Shown here piece by piece: positions 43,055-58,032 of a stretch of 64,000 nucleotides of DNA. Made by a program: the position numbers and the translations under genes. Source of the DNA: the human T2T-CHM13v2.0 reference genome, Homo sapiens; assembly GCF_009914755.1 (NCBI RefSeq), contig NC_060925.1; one strand, written 5' to 3'. Every line of letters begins with the position of its first letter. Within the stretch, counting starts at the first letter, position 1. The notes beneath the pieces are model-generated. The model did not search any database, was not told the DNA's origin, and saw only the letters and a program-made list of their open reading frames with translations.

Positions 43055-44369
43055 GTGAGTATTGCGTATCTGTCATCTTTGAATAACTAGCGAGTTCCAT
43101 TCTTAGAGGTAAAGGTGGGGGTGCCAGATGATGAATGTATGCTATTCTTCTCACAGCCTTCTAACTGGCAACTGACACAGTTAAAAAAAGAAAACCTGAA
43201 AATAGTTTGTTATGTCAACCACTATTATTTTCTCTGGTGTTAATTAAAACAAGATTAGTCACTGTGAATATTCTTCACAAGTATATGCACAAAATCCCTT
43301 GGAAAATATGCTTAAGTAGTAACGCATACCATAGCCTTCTAAAGTTAGTATTAAACAAAAACACTTAACTCGCTGTTCTTGCTGCCTTCAAAAGTAAGAA
43401 TAAATTTGAGTCTTGCTGTTCTAAAACTCCTCCCCAAAGTTTGTTTCAACTTTTTCAGTGTCTGATTTAAGTGGGACTATACATGGGTCTGAATATAGTT
43501 GTAGGTAAGTATCGACATTAACATGGTACAAATAAGAGATACCAGCAATGGATGTGACAGAGACAAAGTCATGGGCTCAGTGCAGGAAAAATAAAGGAGG
43601 ACGTGCATTCAAAAGAATAGTCAATTGCGTTTGGGGTCAGAAAAGCTGGTCCGTTGTAGAAAATGATAAAACCAGAAGACAGGTACAGAAAAAAAATGTA
43701 GGGTGTAGACACAGAAAATTCTCTTGTTGAATTTGGTAGTTTTTTTTAAATGGAGTTGGTTCCCCTCAATGCTTGTTAATTTTTGCCTATAGAACCATCT
43801 TTTTATTTAAGATCCCATTTTAGCCTCTCTGTGAATGTTTTATCTGTTTAGAGCTATGGACTATGAAGGAGAGTTGGCTGTGCTACTTACATGCTTTAAC
43901 TAGTGGGGTGTACCAGTGGCTATTCTGGGCAAGGTACCCCCTGTTCCTCATGGGGGTTGTCATAGTCCTGAGGCACTACCTGCTCTTTCTGACTCAAGAC
44001 CCTCTTTAGTATGGACTCAGTTGTCACTGCCCAGCCCAGAGGGTAATGGCAGTAGGTGTAGACACTTGGCTACTCCTGCTGAAACACGTTAATCAACCAT
44101 TCTGGCGCTTACTTCTGCTTCATCCCTAGGGCTGGATCTACCTCTACAGGCTTGGGTCACCACCTGAGCTCTCATATTTTGTAGCATGCCTTTCCAATGG
44201 GCATTTGGGGCCATAGTTTCTTTCTTTGATGCAATCGCCACTGGCTTTCACTTTTCAGGTATTCCTCATAGTTTATAATCCAATTTGCCAGCATGAATGT
44301 GAATTTTAAACAAATATATCTTCTGGGTCAGTGTTAGAACATTGAAATGTGATGAAGAGACAAAAGTGC

Positions 44370-44585
44370 ATATTCAGTTAACTATATTGTAAATTTTTGT
44401 CCCAATCCTCTGTAATACACATTTTGCCACCTTGCTAGATTGATCTCTTTCTTGGAGTTTCATACTCTTCATCTACAAAATGGGAATAGTATCACTTATC
44501 CTTTCAGGTTTATTGTGCAGGTGAGATACAAAACATCTAGCTCAATGCCTAATATAGATTAAGCACACAATAATTGGTAGTTTCT
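44370..44585 (+). mobile_element. MIR SINE
   Basis: ctcttcatctacaaaatgggaatagt...ttattgtgcagg...atgcctaatatag core. Confidence 0.55.
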
Positions 44586-45959
44586 TTTAATAGTAATAAA
44601 GTACATGTCTTTGAATATCATTCTTTTTTCTCTGCTGCCTACCAACAAGTCCAAAATCTTGGTATTTAGTACTCTCTACACCCTAACCCAAAACATTTTC
44701 TAAAATTTGTCTCTAGCTATGACCTGTCACATAACATGCCCTCCACCAATGTGGGTCACTTCATTTTCTACTTGTACATCTATGATTCTTCTCCTCCAGG
44801 CTTTTGTTCAAAGTCCTTTTCATCTCTAGTTACTCTGCTCATGTTTGAAAGTCAAATTCAAGTGCCACTTTCTCCAGAAAACTGCTTAGTAATTTCTCCT
44901 TTATCTTCTATTTTGTTAGTATTAACATTTATTCTGCTTTTAATTGTAGCCAGTTTGTGTATTGGGTTTTTTATATAGTGGCTTTCTCCCTAGATTATAA
45001 ATTCCTTAAGAGCACAGCTTGCCTCTCATTTACCTTTCAAACCCCTGAGAGACTGAAAATGTGCTTTGTACCCAATGAGCATGCAATAAATGTTCCATGA
45101 ATAAACACAAGAAAAATATTAGTGAGAAAAGTTCAAAACACCAAGCTATATTATGTAAGTTTCTGTGCCAGTCCTGGAAGCCTTATTAAAAAAATGAATA
45201 GGCTTAATTATTTGGCAAGGATTTCAAGTGGTCATCTGCCTTGCTAGAATCAGCAATTTAGAATTCTAGTGTCATGAGAATAAGCAAAGGCTCTAGCAAA
45301 GATGAGAATAGGAAAACATCATACTGCTCTTTATAAAAGCCAGCAAAAATAGGGTAAGAGCCTTTCCAGAAATCATATTACTATGAAGTTCACATAAAAA
45401 TTCAACAATCACATAATAAGTAATAAAACGAATCATTCTATGGATGATCCAACCAGTAAGACAAAACTAAAAATACAAATATTAAATGTGCCAGAGAATA
45501 AAAATGTGTTTACATTAACCAAGGACATTAGTCAAATGCATGCTGTAGCTGAGATATGCAGATGCATATTTTACATAGATTAAAACATTATTTCTAAGGA
45601 CAGTAGCTCAGACACACACATGAAAAAGAAATATATCAGCCTGGGTCTCAATAGATGAACCGAAATTGGTTTAGAGACGTTTTAGGGAGCCATTAAGTCA
45701 TAGTCATCAAAATACAATTAAATTCAACATCTCAGTGGGAAAAGGGGATCCAAGAAAACCATCAGTTTGAGAACAGAAGTATGGCAAAATCCAAAAGTTA
45801 ATTAGAAATTAAGAATGTTAGCAACTTAGATACCTTTTAGATAATGCTATTTAATGCTACATTATTTGCAAATAATTTTTTACATATGAAAGATTTTTTT
45901 TATATATTTAAATATCAAAGATTTTCTTGTTATTTATATGAAACATAATGTAACCAAAT

Positions 45960-46560
45960 AGAACTAAAGTAGAGAGACTAGCTAGAAGGCTGCTACAATA
46001 ATTCAGATAAAATTGGAACTCAGTAGGGAAGACAAGGCTGGGGGTAATTTGCATATAGATGCTAACAAAAGTCACAGGGCTGTGAGACCACTGAGAGGGA
46101 GAGTTCAGATAGAGGAAAACACACCCAGAGATGAAACTTAGGTGTGTGCTACTTCCAAGTCCAGGTAACCAGAGAGGTCAGCAAAGTGGATGGAAAAGGA
46201 GCACAAAGTGAGGTAAGAATGACGAAAATAGTGCATTCTTGTGGAAGCCAAAGAAGAGAGTGTTTCAGGAAGGAAGCTGTGAATTGTCAAAGACTGCTGA
46301 GAAGTCAGCTGAGGTGAGGAAGGAACAGTGACCACTAGACATGGCAATATGGAAGTCAACAGTGCCTCAACAAGAGCAGTTTCATGGGTGTGGTGGAGAT
46401 AGGTAAAACCAGAGGAAGCAATACACAGCATAAGGAATCACTGACATAAGTTTTGCTGTGGAGTTCTGCAGAGAAAAAAGCAGAGACTGGAAGCGGGAAT
46501 GAGGTCAATACCGAAAGTTTGAGTCAATAGTTGTTACTAGTTATATTTGGGAAATACAGC
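45960..46560 (-). mobile_element. Degraded L2 fragment
   Basis: ggaagccaaagaagagagtgtttcaggaagg...gtcaaagactgctgagaagtca...gagcagtttcatgggtgtggtgg. Confidence 0.6.
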
Positions 46561-48129
46561 AATATATTTGTAGGATGATGGCAACAATTCATGGGGAAGA
46601 AACTGATGACACAGAAGAGAGTGGAGATACTTATAAGAAAAATAGAGGAATGCAAAGTAGGAATGCAAAGTAGGAAGAAGCAAAAGTAGGAGGGAACCAG
46701 AAAAAAAATTGTTTGGCCATCCCAAAAAGGAACAGGGACACTTGCCCCTCAGGAGAGAAGTTATAAAGGAGGAATACAGATGGAAGTACTCTGGTTATTT
46801 CTGGAGAGAAGACGGTGAATATCCGTCTGATTAATCTGTGCTCTCAGTGAAGTTTGAGGCAAGGTCGCCAGTAGATTGCTTAGGAGAGGATGTTTTAGTA
46901 TGTTTTAACATAACAACGGAGGAGGTATAAAATAGTTTCTGCAGATTTAGAGAACCATGATACTATGGAAGGCTCATTGGTTGACTGGGCAGTGTTGAGT
47001 GTCTGTTTAAAATCTGAAGTTATGATTTCAAATGCGAGACCACAGTCGTATATTTTTCTCTGGCTTGTTCAGGTTGCCCCAGCACACACGCAGAGCAGAT
47101 ATTAAGCCATTCCGGATAAGCAAGTGCTCTGAATCACAGAGTTTGCTTCAATCTTTTGATCAAAATCATCTTTGAATGTACTATTTTCCACCCTTTCTAA
47201 ATTACCACAATCCCATGCAGACCACCTTAGAAATGCCAGTTAAACAGTGTGGGATTGACATACTGCTGAAGGCAATGAAGGCCGCTCCATATCATGAACC
47301 ATCTGTGTGGGCTGGTGCATCTTCCTCAGCATCATGGCACAGAGCAGGCAGTAGAAGTTACTGATGGTTATTGTTGCTCCCTTTTGTACATCCTGATCCC
47401 AGAGTCATTCTCTCAGCTTTTTTCATCTGTGCAAGCTCCTTTGCTGCACAGTGTGATTGGCAGTTTCCTACACTATCACTTATTCTAATCTCTGCTAACT
47501 ACTGCTGTTGCCATGGTTCCCTTCATCAACCCTTATATTACCTGCACTGCCTTCCTCTACCCTTTCCACTTAGCACTTTTTGTCTTTTTTAACTTCTCAT
47601 GCACTTCTTCACCTTGCAAAGGGGGAAAAAAACCTCGCCTAGAATAGACATCACTGTCCAATTAGTACATTTGTTTTTTGGTATTGCTTTCAGAAAACCA
47701 AAAAGCAATAGCATTTCAGATATAAACCTGTCGTCTTTAGTGCTTCCTAGATGTTCAATAACTAAGGTCTGCTTCTTCACTTTTCAAGAGCCATAGAGAG
47801 TCATTTTAAAACAGAAACATGAGGGATCCAAAAGCCCAAATTGACATGTGTTTATTCAGTGCCTGCTATATAGCAAGCAGTGTTGAGGCACGGGGTACAT
47901 GAAGATGAATAAGCTGCAGTCCTGATTCTCCAAGGGTTCTCAGGTGAATGGGAGGATAATGGAAGGAAACCACAGCAAAGAGGGGTGGCCTTTATCACTT
48001 GGGCAATGGGAAATGTTGAGGGGGATAAATAATAGATTTTTGCTTTAAAGATTTTTCTCTAATAAAAGTACAGAGGAAATTGAAAGCAGGATCAGATAGA
48101 TGAATCAAGGCTTCTTCAGATTCAGTGGT

Positions 48130-48940
48130 TTACAAATATACCTCAAAATTCATAAACAAAAATAATACGTAAAAGAGAACAGAAGGTAACGCAATAAAGG
48201 TAACAGAGATAGTGTCTTCAGTATATAAAGAGATCTGAAAAATTTAAGAAAACACTAGCAATGCAAAGAAAAAACAGACAAAAGATTTGGAATTCACGGG
48301 AAAAAAAGAAATGGTCAGTAAAAATGCAAAACTGTTTAAGCATTATATTTTAAAAATACATATTTAAACAACTACAAGTTACTGACTTCACCCCATTAGA
48401 TTGGAGAGCGTGGAGTAAGTCAGCACTGACACTGCCATTGGGAATGAAAAATAATGAAATCCTTCTGAAAGCAATTTTACAATATGTATCAAGAGTCTCC
48501 AAAAATATTACATCTTCAATCTAAAAATTCTATTTTAAATCAATTATTTTCCCTAAGAAAATAGAGGTGAAAAAGTTTATAAGCCAAAATATTCAATGTA
48601 GGATAACTTATAACCAAGAAAAGGGGAAACAACCTAAAACAATAATAATAGAGTGGCTAAATATGTTATGGCCTACCCCATCAACAGACTATTATATGAT
48701 CATTAAAAATGAAAAAGAGAAAGTGTTCCCTATGTGCTATTAACTATGAAAGAATAAGAATGATACAAAATTGCTTTCATATTATAATGCCCATAGGATC
48801 ATTCCAGTGTGTATCTGTGTTTGTGTAGATGAATGAATTCTAGTTAGGTAGGCAATTATTCATGAACAAAGGATTAAAAGAATAAAAGGAAATATACCAA
48901 ATTGTTAACAGTAGTTATTAATTTACTAGAAGTTTTCTGC
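48130..48940 (+). mobile_element. Ancient L1ME-type 3' region
   Basis: A-rich strand; ttctgaaagcaattttacaatatgtatcaag, gaaacaacctaaa, aaatataccaaattgttaacagtagttat. Confidence 0.55.
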
Positions 48941-48957
48941 ATTAAAAACGACCCACA

Positions 48958-49174
48958 GAATTGAACAACGAGAACAGTTGGACACAGGAAGGGGAACATC
49001 ACACACTGGGGCCTGTCATGGGGTGGGGGGAGCGGGGAGGGATAGCATTAGGAGATATACCTAATGTAAATGACGAGTTAATGGGTGCAGCACACCAACA
49101 TGGCGCATGTATACATATGTAACAAACCTGCACATTGTGCACATGTACCCTAGAACTTAAAGTATAATAAAAAA
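48958..49174 (+). mobile_element. Short 5'-truncated L1PA (L1PA4-like) 3' end
   Basis: gaattgaacaacgagaac...gtaccctagaacttaaagtataataaaaaa; preceded by a TT|AAAA endonuclease-type site. Confidence 0.93.
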
Positions 49175-50369
49175 TATACATTATATATATATTTTTGCTA
49201 TTAAAATTAAGTATTTCTCAATAATTTTTATTAAAGTTTAATTAAAAAATGAAATTATTGATCCACAGAGGACTGATTCCATAGATATGGAACTCAAGGA
49301 TTCAGAGGGCTGACTGTATGCCATTATGGAATATTTTCCTCTGAAGACAACAATATATTTACACATTTTATTTTCAGCCATAAATAACAAATATTAAATA
49401 GGAAATTTAAAAAATACATTAAAATAAAGGACCATAAATTTGAAAAAAAGACCCACAACTCTTTAAGCTGTGTTTATAATATTAGTAATATTAATATTAA
49501 TAACAAAGGTAGAAGAAAAATCAGAAATTATTAACAGCATAGAAGCCACAACAGAGAATTTTAATAAAACTGAAGCTTCACTGTAAAACTCCACACATAC
49601 TATGGTAGAATTATGAAGTACATTATCCCCAGTGGTACAGATTGAAAATAAAATGGATTTTAAATTGGTTTAGAGGCATTTCTAATGGTACTGCAACGTA
49701 GTGCACCCTTGGGATTTCCTGCCTGGTGTAAGCCTTGCAGTCTTACAGAAAAAATAATTCTGGAATAGATGGGCCACTGTTCTGACTCAGCCATGAGAAA
49801 GCCCACATTTCCCTTCTGCATCAAGAACACTGGCATGTGTCACCTTGTGTGTCATAGAAATACTAATTTTAGTGACTAGTTTTAAAAGAACAGGCTAGAG
49901 ATTCCCAAAGGCACCACTCTCACTTTTTAAGGGAAAAGTATACACTATGTATGACATAAGCCATTTCTTCCATCCTCCCAATTTAAATGAGCAATTCTGA
50001 TGTTTATCATCTTATTCACTCTGTTCAAGCAGAATCGCAGTCTTCTGAGCATAATGTTCAGGAATGAGTATCATTTAAAACTTCAGAACAGCCTACATTG
50101 CCTGATTTAGAAAAGGCTTTTCCACCTTGTAATTCACTTGTGGTATGAATCAATCGAAATTCTAAAGAGAGCAATTCAGTTCTGACTTTAATAATTACTA
50201 AGATTCCTGGAACACTTTTACACAAATGCATTTTCAGCCGCTAGCTTGAGTAACTTGCAGCATATTCAGACAAAAGTTAGCCTGATGCAGACAGAATTCT
50301 GTAAAGTATGCCAATCACATGAGTCCGCTCATTCTGCACGCTAGAATTATATCTGAAATATATAGCGAA

Positions 50370-50760
50370 ATCCAGTTCAGCTTTCGCTAGTCATCACATG
50401 GTAACAAGTGACATAAAATCCTAGTGATTTACATTAATAAAGGTTCACTTCTTTTTCATGATACACAACAGCTAGGGTCAGCTCCAGCTCTATTCCATGT
50501 CTTCATTCCAGCCTTCGGGCTAAAGGAGCAGCTCTTTTCTAGAATATGCTCTTCTTGTGGTGGCTGTGGGACATAGGAAATAGAACCACATGATAGTTCT
50601 TAAACCCTCTGCTTGAACGTGTCCATAGCACTTTTGCATGTATTTCATTGACTAACACAAGTTCAATGGCCAATGCTGACATAAACAGGACATGGAAGTA
50701 TAATCCCCCTACACAAAGGTCAGGAAATAACTGAGGAACAATACGACAATCTGCCACATC
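50370..50760. mobile_element. Probable MLT1-type LTR
   Basis: cagctttcgct...gtaacaa...atttcattgactaacacaagttcaatggccaatgctgac resembles old MLT1 LTRs. Confidence 0.45.
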
Positions 50761-50789
50761 AAGTATCTGAAATATACCATATTTTTAAT

Positions 50790-50862
50790 AGTATATATAG
50801 AATACTGTATATCTATGCAGTATATATAGAATACCATATATCCATGCAGTATATATAGAATA
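50790..50862 (+). repeat. 29-bp minisatellite (~2.5 copies), followed by degenerate (GATA)n at ~50900-50980
   Basis: agtatatatagaata starts at 50790, 50819 and 50848. Confidence 0.8.
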
Positions 50863-52107
50863 ATACAACTGGATCTATAATATGTGTATTTATGTGTGGA
50901 GAGATAGATAGATGGAAACAGATCGTGAAGACAGAAAAAAAGATAGATGATAGACAGACAGATAGATAGACAAATAGATAAGGCAATGTATATATGGCTT
51001 CATTAGCAAAGGACTTTGGTATGACAAGAATTGTAGAACCATTTGGCCAGCCCAAAAAAGAAACAGGGATACTTCTTCCAATCCATCAGGAAGAAAGTTA
51101 AAGAAGCCAGATACAGATACAGTTGGTTCTAAAATGATAACCTATAAACATTTTACTACATAATTAAGCTAAACATAAACACAAATTCAGAATACTAGCT
51201 TAGAATCTAATATTAGTTTCCAGATCATTTTCCTACCCCTACCTACTCATCCACTCAACCCATCCAAGTAGCCTGTGTGACAGACTCTCATTCCATGAGC
51301 CATAGATTTTTATCTGCTATCTCATTTTCTTTCTGTTCCATAGCTAAGTACAAACCATATAAATATTGGCTTCCAACTTTACTTGTTAAGCCAGAAACAG
51401 CTTAACATTCTGTTTTTTTTTTTTTATTTGTTCATTTGTTTGTTTGTTTTTTGGTTTGCCACCATTCAGCTGTCTCTTTAGGAACTGGAGTACCAATTCC
51501 TGCATCTGTGTTCTCTGTTCCAACCTTTCTGTGCCTATGGTGAGACAAGACACAACTTAGAGTCACGTCGGTGTGAAAATCAACTTCTTGTTTAAAATCT
51601 AAGTTAAAATATATCCCCCTCACATTGGATAGGAATATCTAATCTATATCATTTTCTATGTTACATTTATATAATGCCTCTATCTCAACTGTCCTCTTAA
51701 CTCATCTCATGTTATGTCCTTGTTGAACCGTATCCCATGCAGTGTCCTGAAGGCTGCATTTGCTCACGTGATAATAATAGTCCATGTTTCAATTTTGAGT
51801 ATTCCTAGGATGCAATATTTACATTCGGTTTCCCCAACTCCAATGCCTCCTTAGAAGAGATCTACTTCTATTTGAGTTCTTTTGCTTGAAGACAAAATAC
51901 TTCGTTATCTTTGTTCCTATATCACTGCTAACAAAGCCAAGCTATCAAGGAGCCTGGCTTTCTAGTGCTGGAAAACTTGATCTGATCTCTTAGATGAAGA
52001 TCCAGGAAAATATGATCTTACTCATCATTTCCATTCCATCTGGCTACCATTATTTCTCATAATAGTAAATGATATTGACCAAGATAGTGTTAATCAAAAT
52101 CCTACGC

Positions 52108-52220
52108 TTTTGGAGGTGATAGATATGTTTATGGCATTGATTGTGGTGATGGTTTCTTGGGTGTATACTTATCTCCAAATTCATCAAGTTGTATTAAATT
52201 ATGTACATCTTTTTGTAAAC
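52108..52220 (+). mobile_element. L1MC-type 3'-end fragment
   Basis: ttggaggtgatagatatgtttatggcattgattgtggtgatggtttc...catcaagttgta. Confidence 0.6.
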
Positions 52221-53267
52221 AAAATATCCTAACAGTCTCTAGGTGGTTATTACTCAGTGTGCCTACACAAACATTTCTTTTAACATCAATTGAAAGTTAC
52301 ATTGTTGTTTTATCATATAGCAATCCAATTCCTTGGATATGCGAAGAGAATTTCTAGTCTAGTCTAGTCAAAAAAAAATTAATATCTTGAACCTTGAGAA
52401 TACTTGGTCCTCCCAAAGATTCCAATTAATATGTTAGATTTGTGAGAGCTCACCTAATCCTCTTTTTCAAATATTACTACCTACAAAGTAATGTCTCAAT
52501 TGGAAAAGCTCCTCCTTGGCTTATCCTTATCTAAGCACTCCAGAAAGGCAGTTTAAGATCAGAGTTGAAGATAAGAATCTCCGGCATCAAGTGTTATGTG
52601 ATGGTTACGCTGCACATAATCCCTGTCCTGTACTAGATTCTGAGATAGTTTCCAGCATCGCGTCTGATTTTTCATTCCTTGTCTGGTCCCTTATTTCTGG
52701 CTTGAACCATAAACCATGAATATGAAGTTGAATTCTTCATCTATCTGTGTTCTGCTCTGATTAGACATTGAGAAACACTCCAGGGTGTACAAACTAATTA
52801 GAGTATCACTCTTACATGGCTTGGATATTTTTCTCCTGACCTTGACCTACAAGTTTACATTCAAAACCCTGCTCTTACCCTACAGTTTGGCATGAGGTCT
52901 TAGATTTTTCGTGTCAGCTTCATGATTAGAGCCCCCGTCCTCCTGAGCAGCTTAAGTCCTTTTCCTGGGCTCTGTGATGTCTCCTGTCCTATCTGTCCTA
53001 GACTCATCCACACTGGTGGGCATTTTGCTCTGAGTGACTCAGAATAAATGGATGACATCATCAGTGATCAGCATTGTCAAAGCACGCTTCAGATGTTCGC
53101 TCTAAGTGTGTGATAGACATGAAAATTGATATATAGAGATAGATATAAAATATTTACTTGTTAAATAATTTGTGAGTTTTTAATCAGGCTTTTTTTTAAC
53201 TGTATTGCTTAGATTTTTTTGGTGATTTTGACCCATGAAAATAAACTGATTTCTCCTCTACTTTTAG

Positions 53268-53434
53268 ATGGTCCAGTAGTCTATGCAGCATATTTAAAAA
53301 TGGAGCACAGTGACGAGAATATTCAATTCTGGATGGCATGTGAAACCTATAAGAAAATTGCCTCACGGTGGAGCAGAATTTCTAGGGCAAAGAAGCTTTA
53401 TAAGATTTACATCCAGCCACAGTCCCCTAGAGAG
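53268..53434 (+). CDS. RGS13: RGS13 third coding exon (GPVVYAAYLKMEHSDENIQFWMACE...IQPQSPRE), RGS domain core
   Basis: Acceptor ttctcctctacttttag|AT; donor GAG|gtaact; 167 nt. EHSDENIQFWxACE and SPRE are hallmark RGS motifs; visible in ORF 53219..53446. Confidence 0.98.
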
Positions 53435-53499
53435 GTAACTACCTGACAATGACAGGAATGGAAATCAGTTCATCCCTGCAAGGGCATTAATATCTGTCA

Positions 53500-53685
53500 A
53501 GCATCCATAAGTGCCAGGCACTTTACATCCAGTATCTCCTAAAATGCTATAAATTCAGTATTGCTAACCTTATTTTACAGATAAGAAACCTGAGACTCTG
53601 AGAACTTGTCCAGTGTCACACAGCCATTAAGTGGTAAAGTTAAGATTCAAAATTAAATCTATCTGGCTCCAAAGCTTCTCCCCAT
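53500..53685 (-). mobile_element. MIR SINE in last RGS13 intron
   Basis: gtgccaggcactttaca...attttacagataagaaacctgagactctgag...gtcacacagc...gattcaaa. Confidence 0.7.
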
Positions 53686-54404
53686 TAAATTATCTTGATT
53701 TCTAGGAAACTTAAAAAGAAAAAAAGGAGTCTGTGGCGAAAGCATTGGCCTTCCCAGCAGGAACTATAAATATCATGAAGAGACATTTGAGAATCCTGTG
53801 TTGTTGGGCAATGAGAAATAAAAAGTCTGTTAAGGGAATAAAGACAGAGGACAGTATATGAGATTTCTATCGTACAGGGCAAGCCTACATTGTGGACATA
53901 TTCTAGAACTCTTGTCTGGAAAATACTTGGTTTATTGAAATAGCCACTTCTCCCCTCTATTTATCCACTTCTCTTCATTTTCTTCCCATTTCAGAGCATA
54001 TTCAGTTAAATCAACATTTGTGACTATTAAGGGAGATAAATTTTTAAAAAGCACCAATTTCTCTTTTCTTTAAAAAGACATTTGTCTTACAAACTTCCTG
54101 ATTTGTAGACTGCTACTAAGAAACCACTGCATCTTCCTGAGTAAGCCATGGTTTTGGAAACTTCCCTGGCCTTGAGCCTCATATTTTTCTTTTTTGTTCC
54201 TCTTGGATGTGGAGTTGGATATTTACTTTTAAAAGAGCAAAATGTTTATTTTTTATATATCTTCTTAGATGCCTATAAAACTACAAAGAAAATTACCCTA
54301 TTCCACTGAAAAGGAGAGCAGAGAATAAATTAAACCTTTCTACTATATGTGCCTTTTTTTCAACTATGCTAACTTAATGCTGTACATGTAATTTCACTTT
54401 TCAG

Positions 54405-54590
54405 ATTAACATTGACAGTTCGACAAGAGAGACTATCATCAGGAACATTCAGGAACCCACTGAAACATGTTTTGAAGAAGCTCAGAAAATAGTCTATATG
54501 CATATGGAAAGGGATTCCTACCCCAGATTTCTAAAGTCAGAAATGTACCAAAAACTTTTGAAAACTATGCAGTCCAACAACAGTTTCTGA
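54405..54590 (+). CDS. RGS13: RGS13 last coding exon (INIDSSTRETI...MERDSYPRFLKSEMY...NNSF*)
   Basis: Acceptor atttcacttttcag|ATT. INID and MExDSYPRFLKS motifs; TGA ends at 54590. Exon sum 65+62+167+186 = 480 nt = 159 aa + stop. Confidence 0.98.
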   Translation: MNIDSSTRETIIRNIQEPTETCFEEAQKIVYMHMERDSYPRFLKSEMYQKLLKTMQSNNSF

Positions 54591-55325
54591 CTACAACTCA
54601 AAAGTTTAAATAGAAAACAGTATATTGAAAGTGGTGGGTTTGATCTTTTTATTTAGAAACCCACAAAATCAGAAACACAGTACAAATAAAACAGAAATCA
54701 AACTATAAGTTGACTTTTAGTTCCTAAAAAGAAACATATTTCAAAAGCAATGGAATCTAGAATTCTTATAACATGAATAACAAAATGTACAGCAAGCCTA
54801 TGTAGTTCAATTAATATATAAGGAAAAGGAAGGTCTTTCTTCATGATACAAGCATTATAAAGTTTTTACTGTAGTAGTCAATTAATGGATATTTCCTTGT
54901 TAATAAAATTTTGTGTCATAATTTACAAATTAGTTCTTTAAAAATTGTTGTTATATGAATTGTGTTTCTAGCATGAATGTTCTATAGAGTACTCTAAATA
55001 ACTTGAATTTATAGACAAATGCTACTCACAGTACAATCAATTGTATTATACCATGAGAAAATCAAAAAGGTGTTCTTCAGAGACATTTTATCTATAAAAT
55101 TTTCCTACTATTATGTTCATTAACAAACTTCTTTATCACATGTATCTTCTACATGTAAAACATTTCTGATGATTTTTTAACAAAAAATATATGAATTTCT
55201 TCATTTGCTCTTGCATCTACATTGCTATAAGGATATAAAATGTGGTTTCTATATTTTGAGATGTTTTTTCCTTACAATGTGAACTCATCGTGATCTTGGA
55301 AATCAATAAAGTCAAATATCAACTA
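54591..55325 (+). other. RGS13: RGS13 3' UTR
   Basis: AU-rich unique sequence between the stop codon and AATAAA at 55305-55310; cleavage position approximate. Confidence 0.75.
55305..55310 (+). terminator. Polyadenylation signal AATAAA of RGS13
   Basis: Canonical hexamer ~715 nt after the stop. Other AATAAA occur at 54685, 54902 and 55355. Confidence 0.65.
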
Positions 55326-56194
55326 AAGACTTACATTATCTTTCTCAAAGACAAAATAAATATATTTTCCAGTACAAATTTCAAAAGGGCCAAAGTTGGT
55401 ATACAGTGAGAATATATAATATTTTTATTTTCCATAGTTTTCCTGGAAAGTGGAGACAACTTAACACATTCATTGGATATTACCTTCCTATCATTTCAAA
55501 ATATTAAAAGAATCCAGATTCGACATCCATAATCAGAAGCTCATCGTAACATTTACAAGTGTGAAAGTTGATCTGTTCCATTTTGTAATTAAAAGGGAAC
55601 AAATTAGAAATTTCAAGTCTTGTATTCCTGAAGGAAGAAAACATTCAAAAATGATTTTTCCCTCTTGGAATTATTTTAAAATATGCATATTTTCTCTTAG
55701 TTTTGAAAAGTGGCTTAAAATAGACTTATTTTACCCTTCTGCAGATGCAAAGTTTTTCTGTCTTTCTAGTGATTCACTAATTGGTTTACTACTGAATTAT
55801 TTATTCCATGAGTCATTACATTTTATTGTTACCAAGAAGTGTAAATTTAGTTAGAGTCAGATGCTTCTGTAGTTCATGAAATCACAGGCGTTTTTCCGTA
55901 GCGCTGTCCACTTTTAAAAGATGAGCAATGTGAGTAACTACACAGCCAATCTTAGCACAGGTGCTAAGAAGGGCTAAGTCACTAAACCACCTTGCCTCCA
56001 GCTCTGAAACCAAAAAAGCCTAGTAAAAAAATAAAATTTTTTTTAAAAAAGTGAATAAACAAAGAAGCATTGCTGATACGATTTAAATACACTTCAGTTC
56101 TGCACAGTGGAAACAATACTGAATTCATTGTTAAGAAAGTTGGGTTTCAGTTCTAGATTTCCCAGGTTAACTATATAAATTTCTTTAGGTCTAG

Positions 56195-56641
<447 letters not shown>

Positions 56642-56909
56642 AGAAAGTACTTTTAAATTACTGAGTTCTTCATTATCTGAAGGGTTTTGTGTGATATTCC
56701 ATTGCCTTTCCTCTGATTTCATAAATGTAATACAATGCCACATATTCAAAACAGAATTTTGCCACAAAAACACTCTTCTAAGATCATGTCTTCAGATGTT
56801 TGTAAATCAGGAACTATCTCTGGCCTTCCCACTTGCTCCCTTAACTTAGGCCTTCCCACACCATTCACTGCTGAAGCTGGTGTTCTAGCTCCAAGAAAAG
56901 CCCTCAGAG

Positions 56910-57960
<1,051 letters not shown>

Positions 57961-58032
57961 CTGTTGAAAGAAGCCTTCATAGACTATCCTATCATTATAA
58001 GATGTAAAAGTTTCATGAGAATAAAATATTAA

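Noticed and set aside
53219-53267. N-terminal part of ORF 53219..53446 as a protein start
   Set aside because: Intronic: it begins at a non-ATG codon and RGS homology starts at the acceptor at 53268.
54591-55325. Clustered AU-rich elements in the 3' UTR
   Set aside because: Only scattered single ATTTA pentamers and no overlapping cluster.
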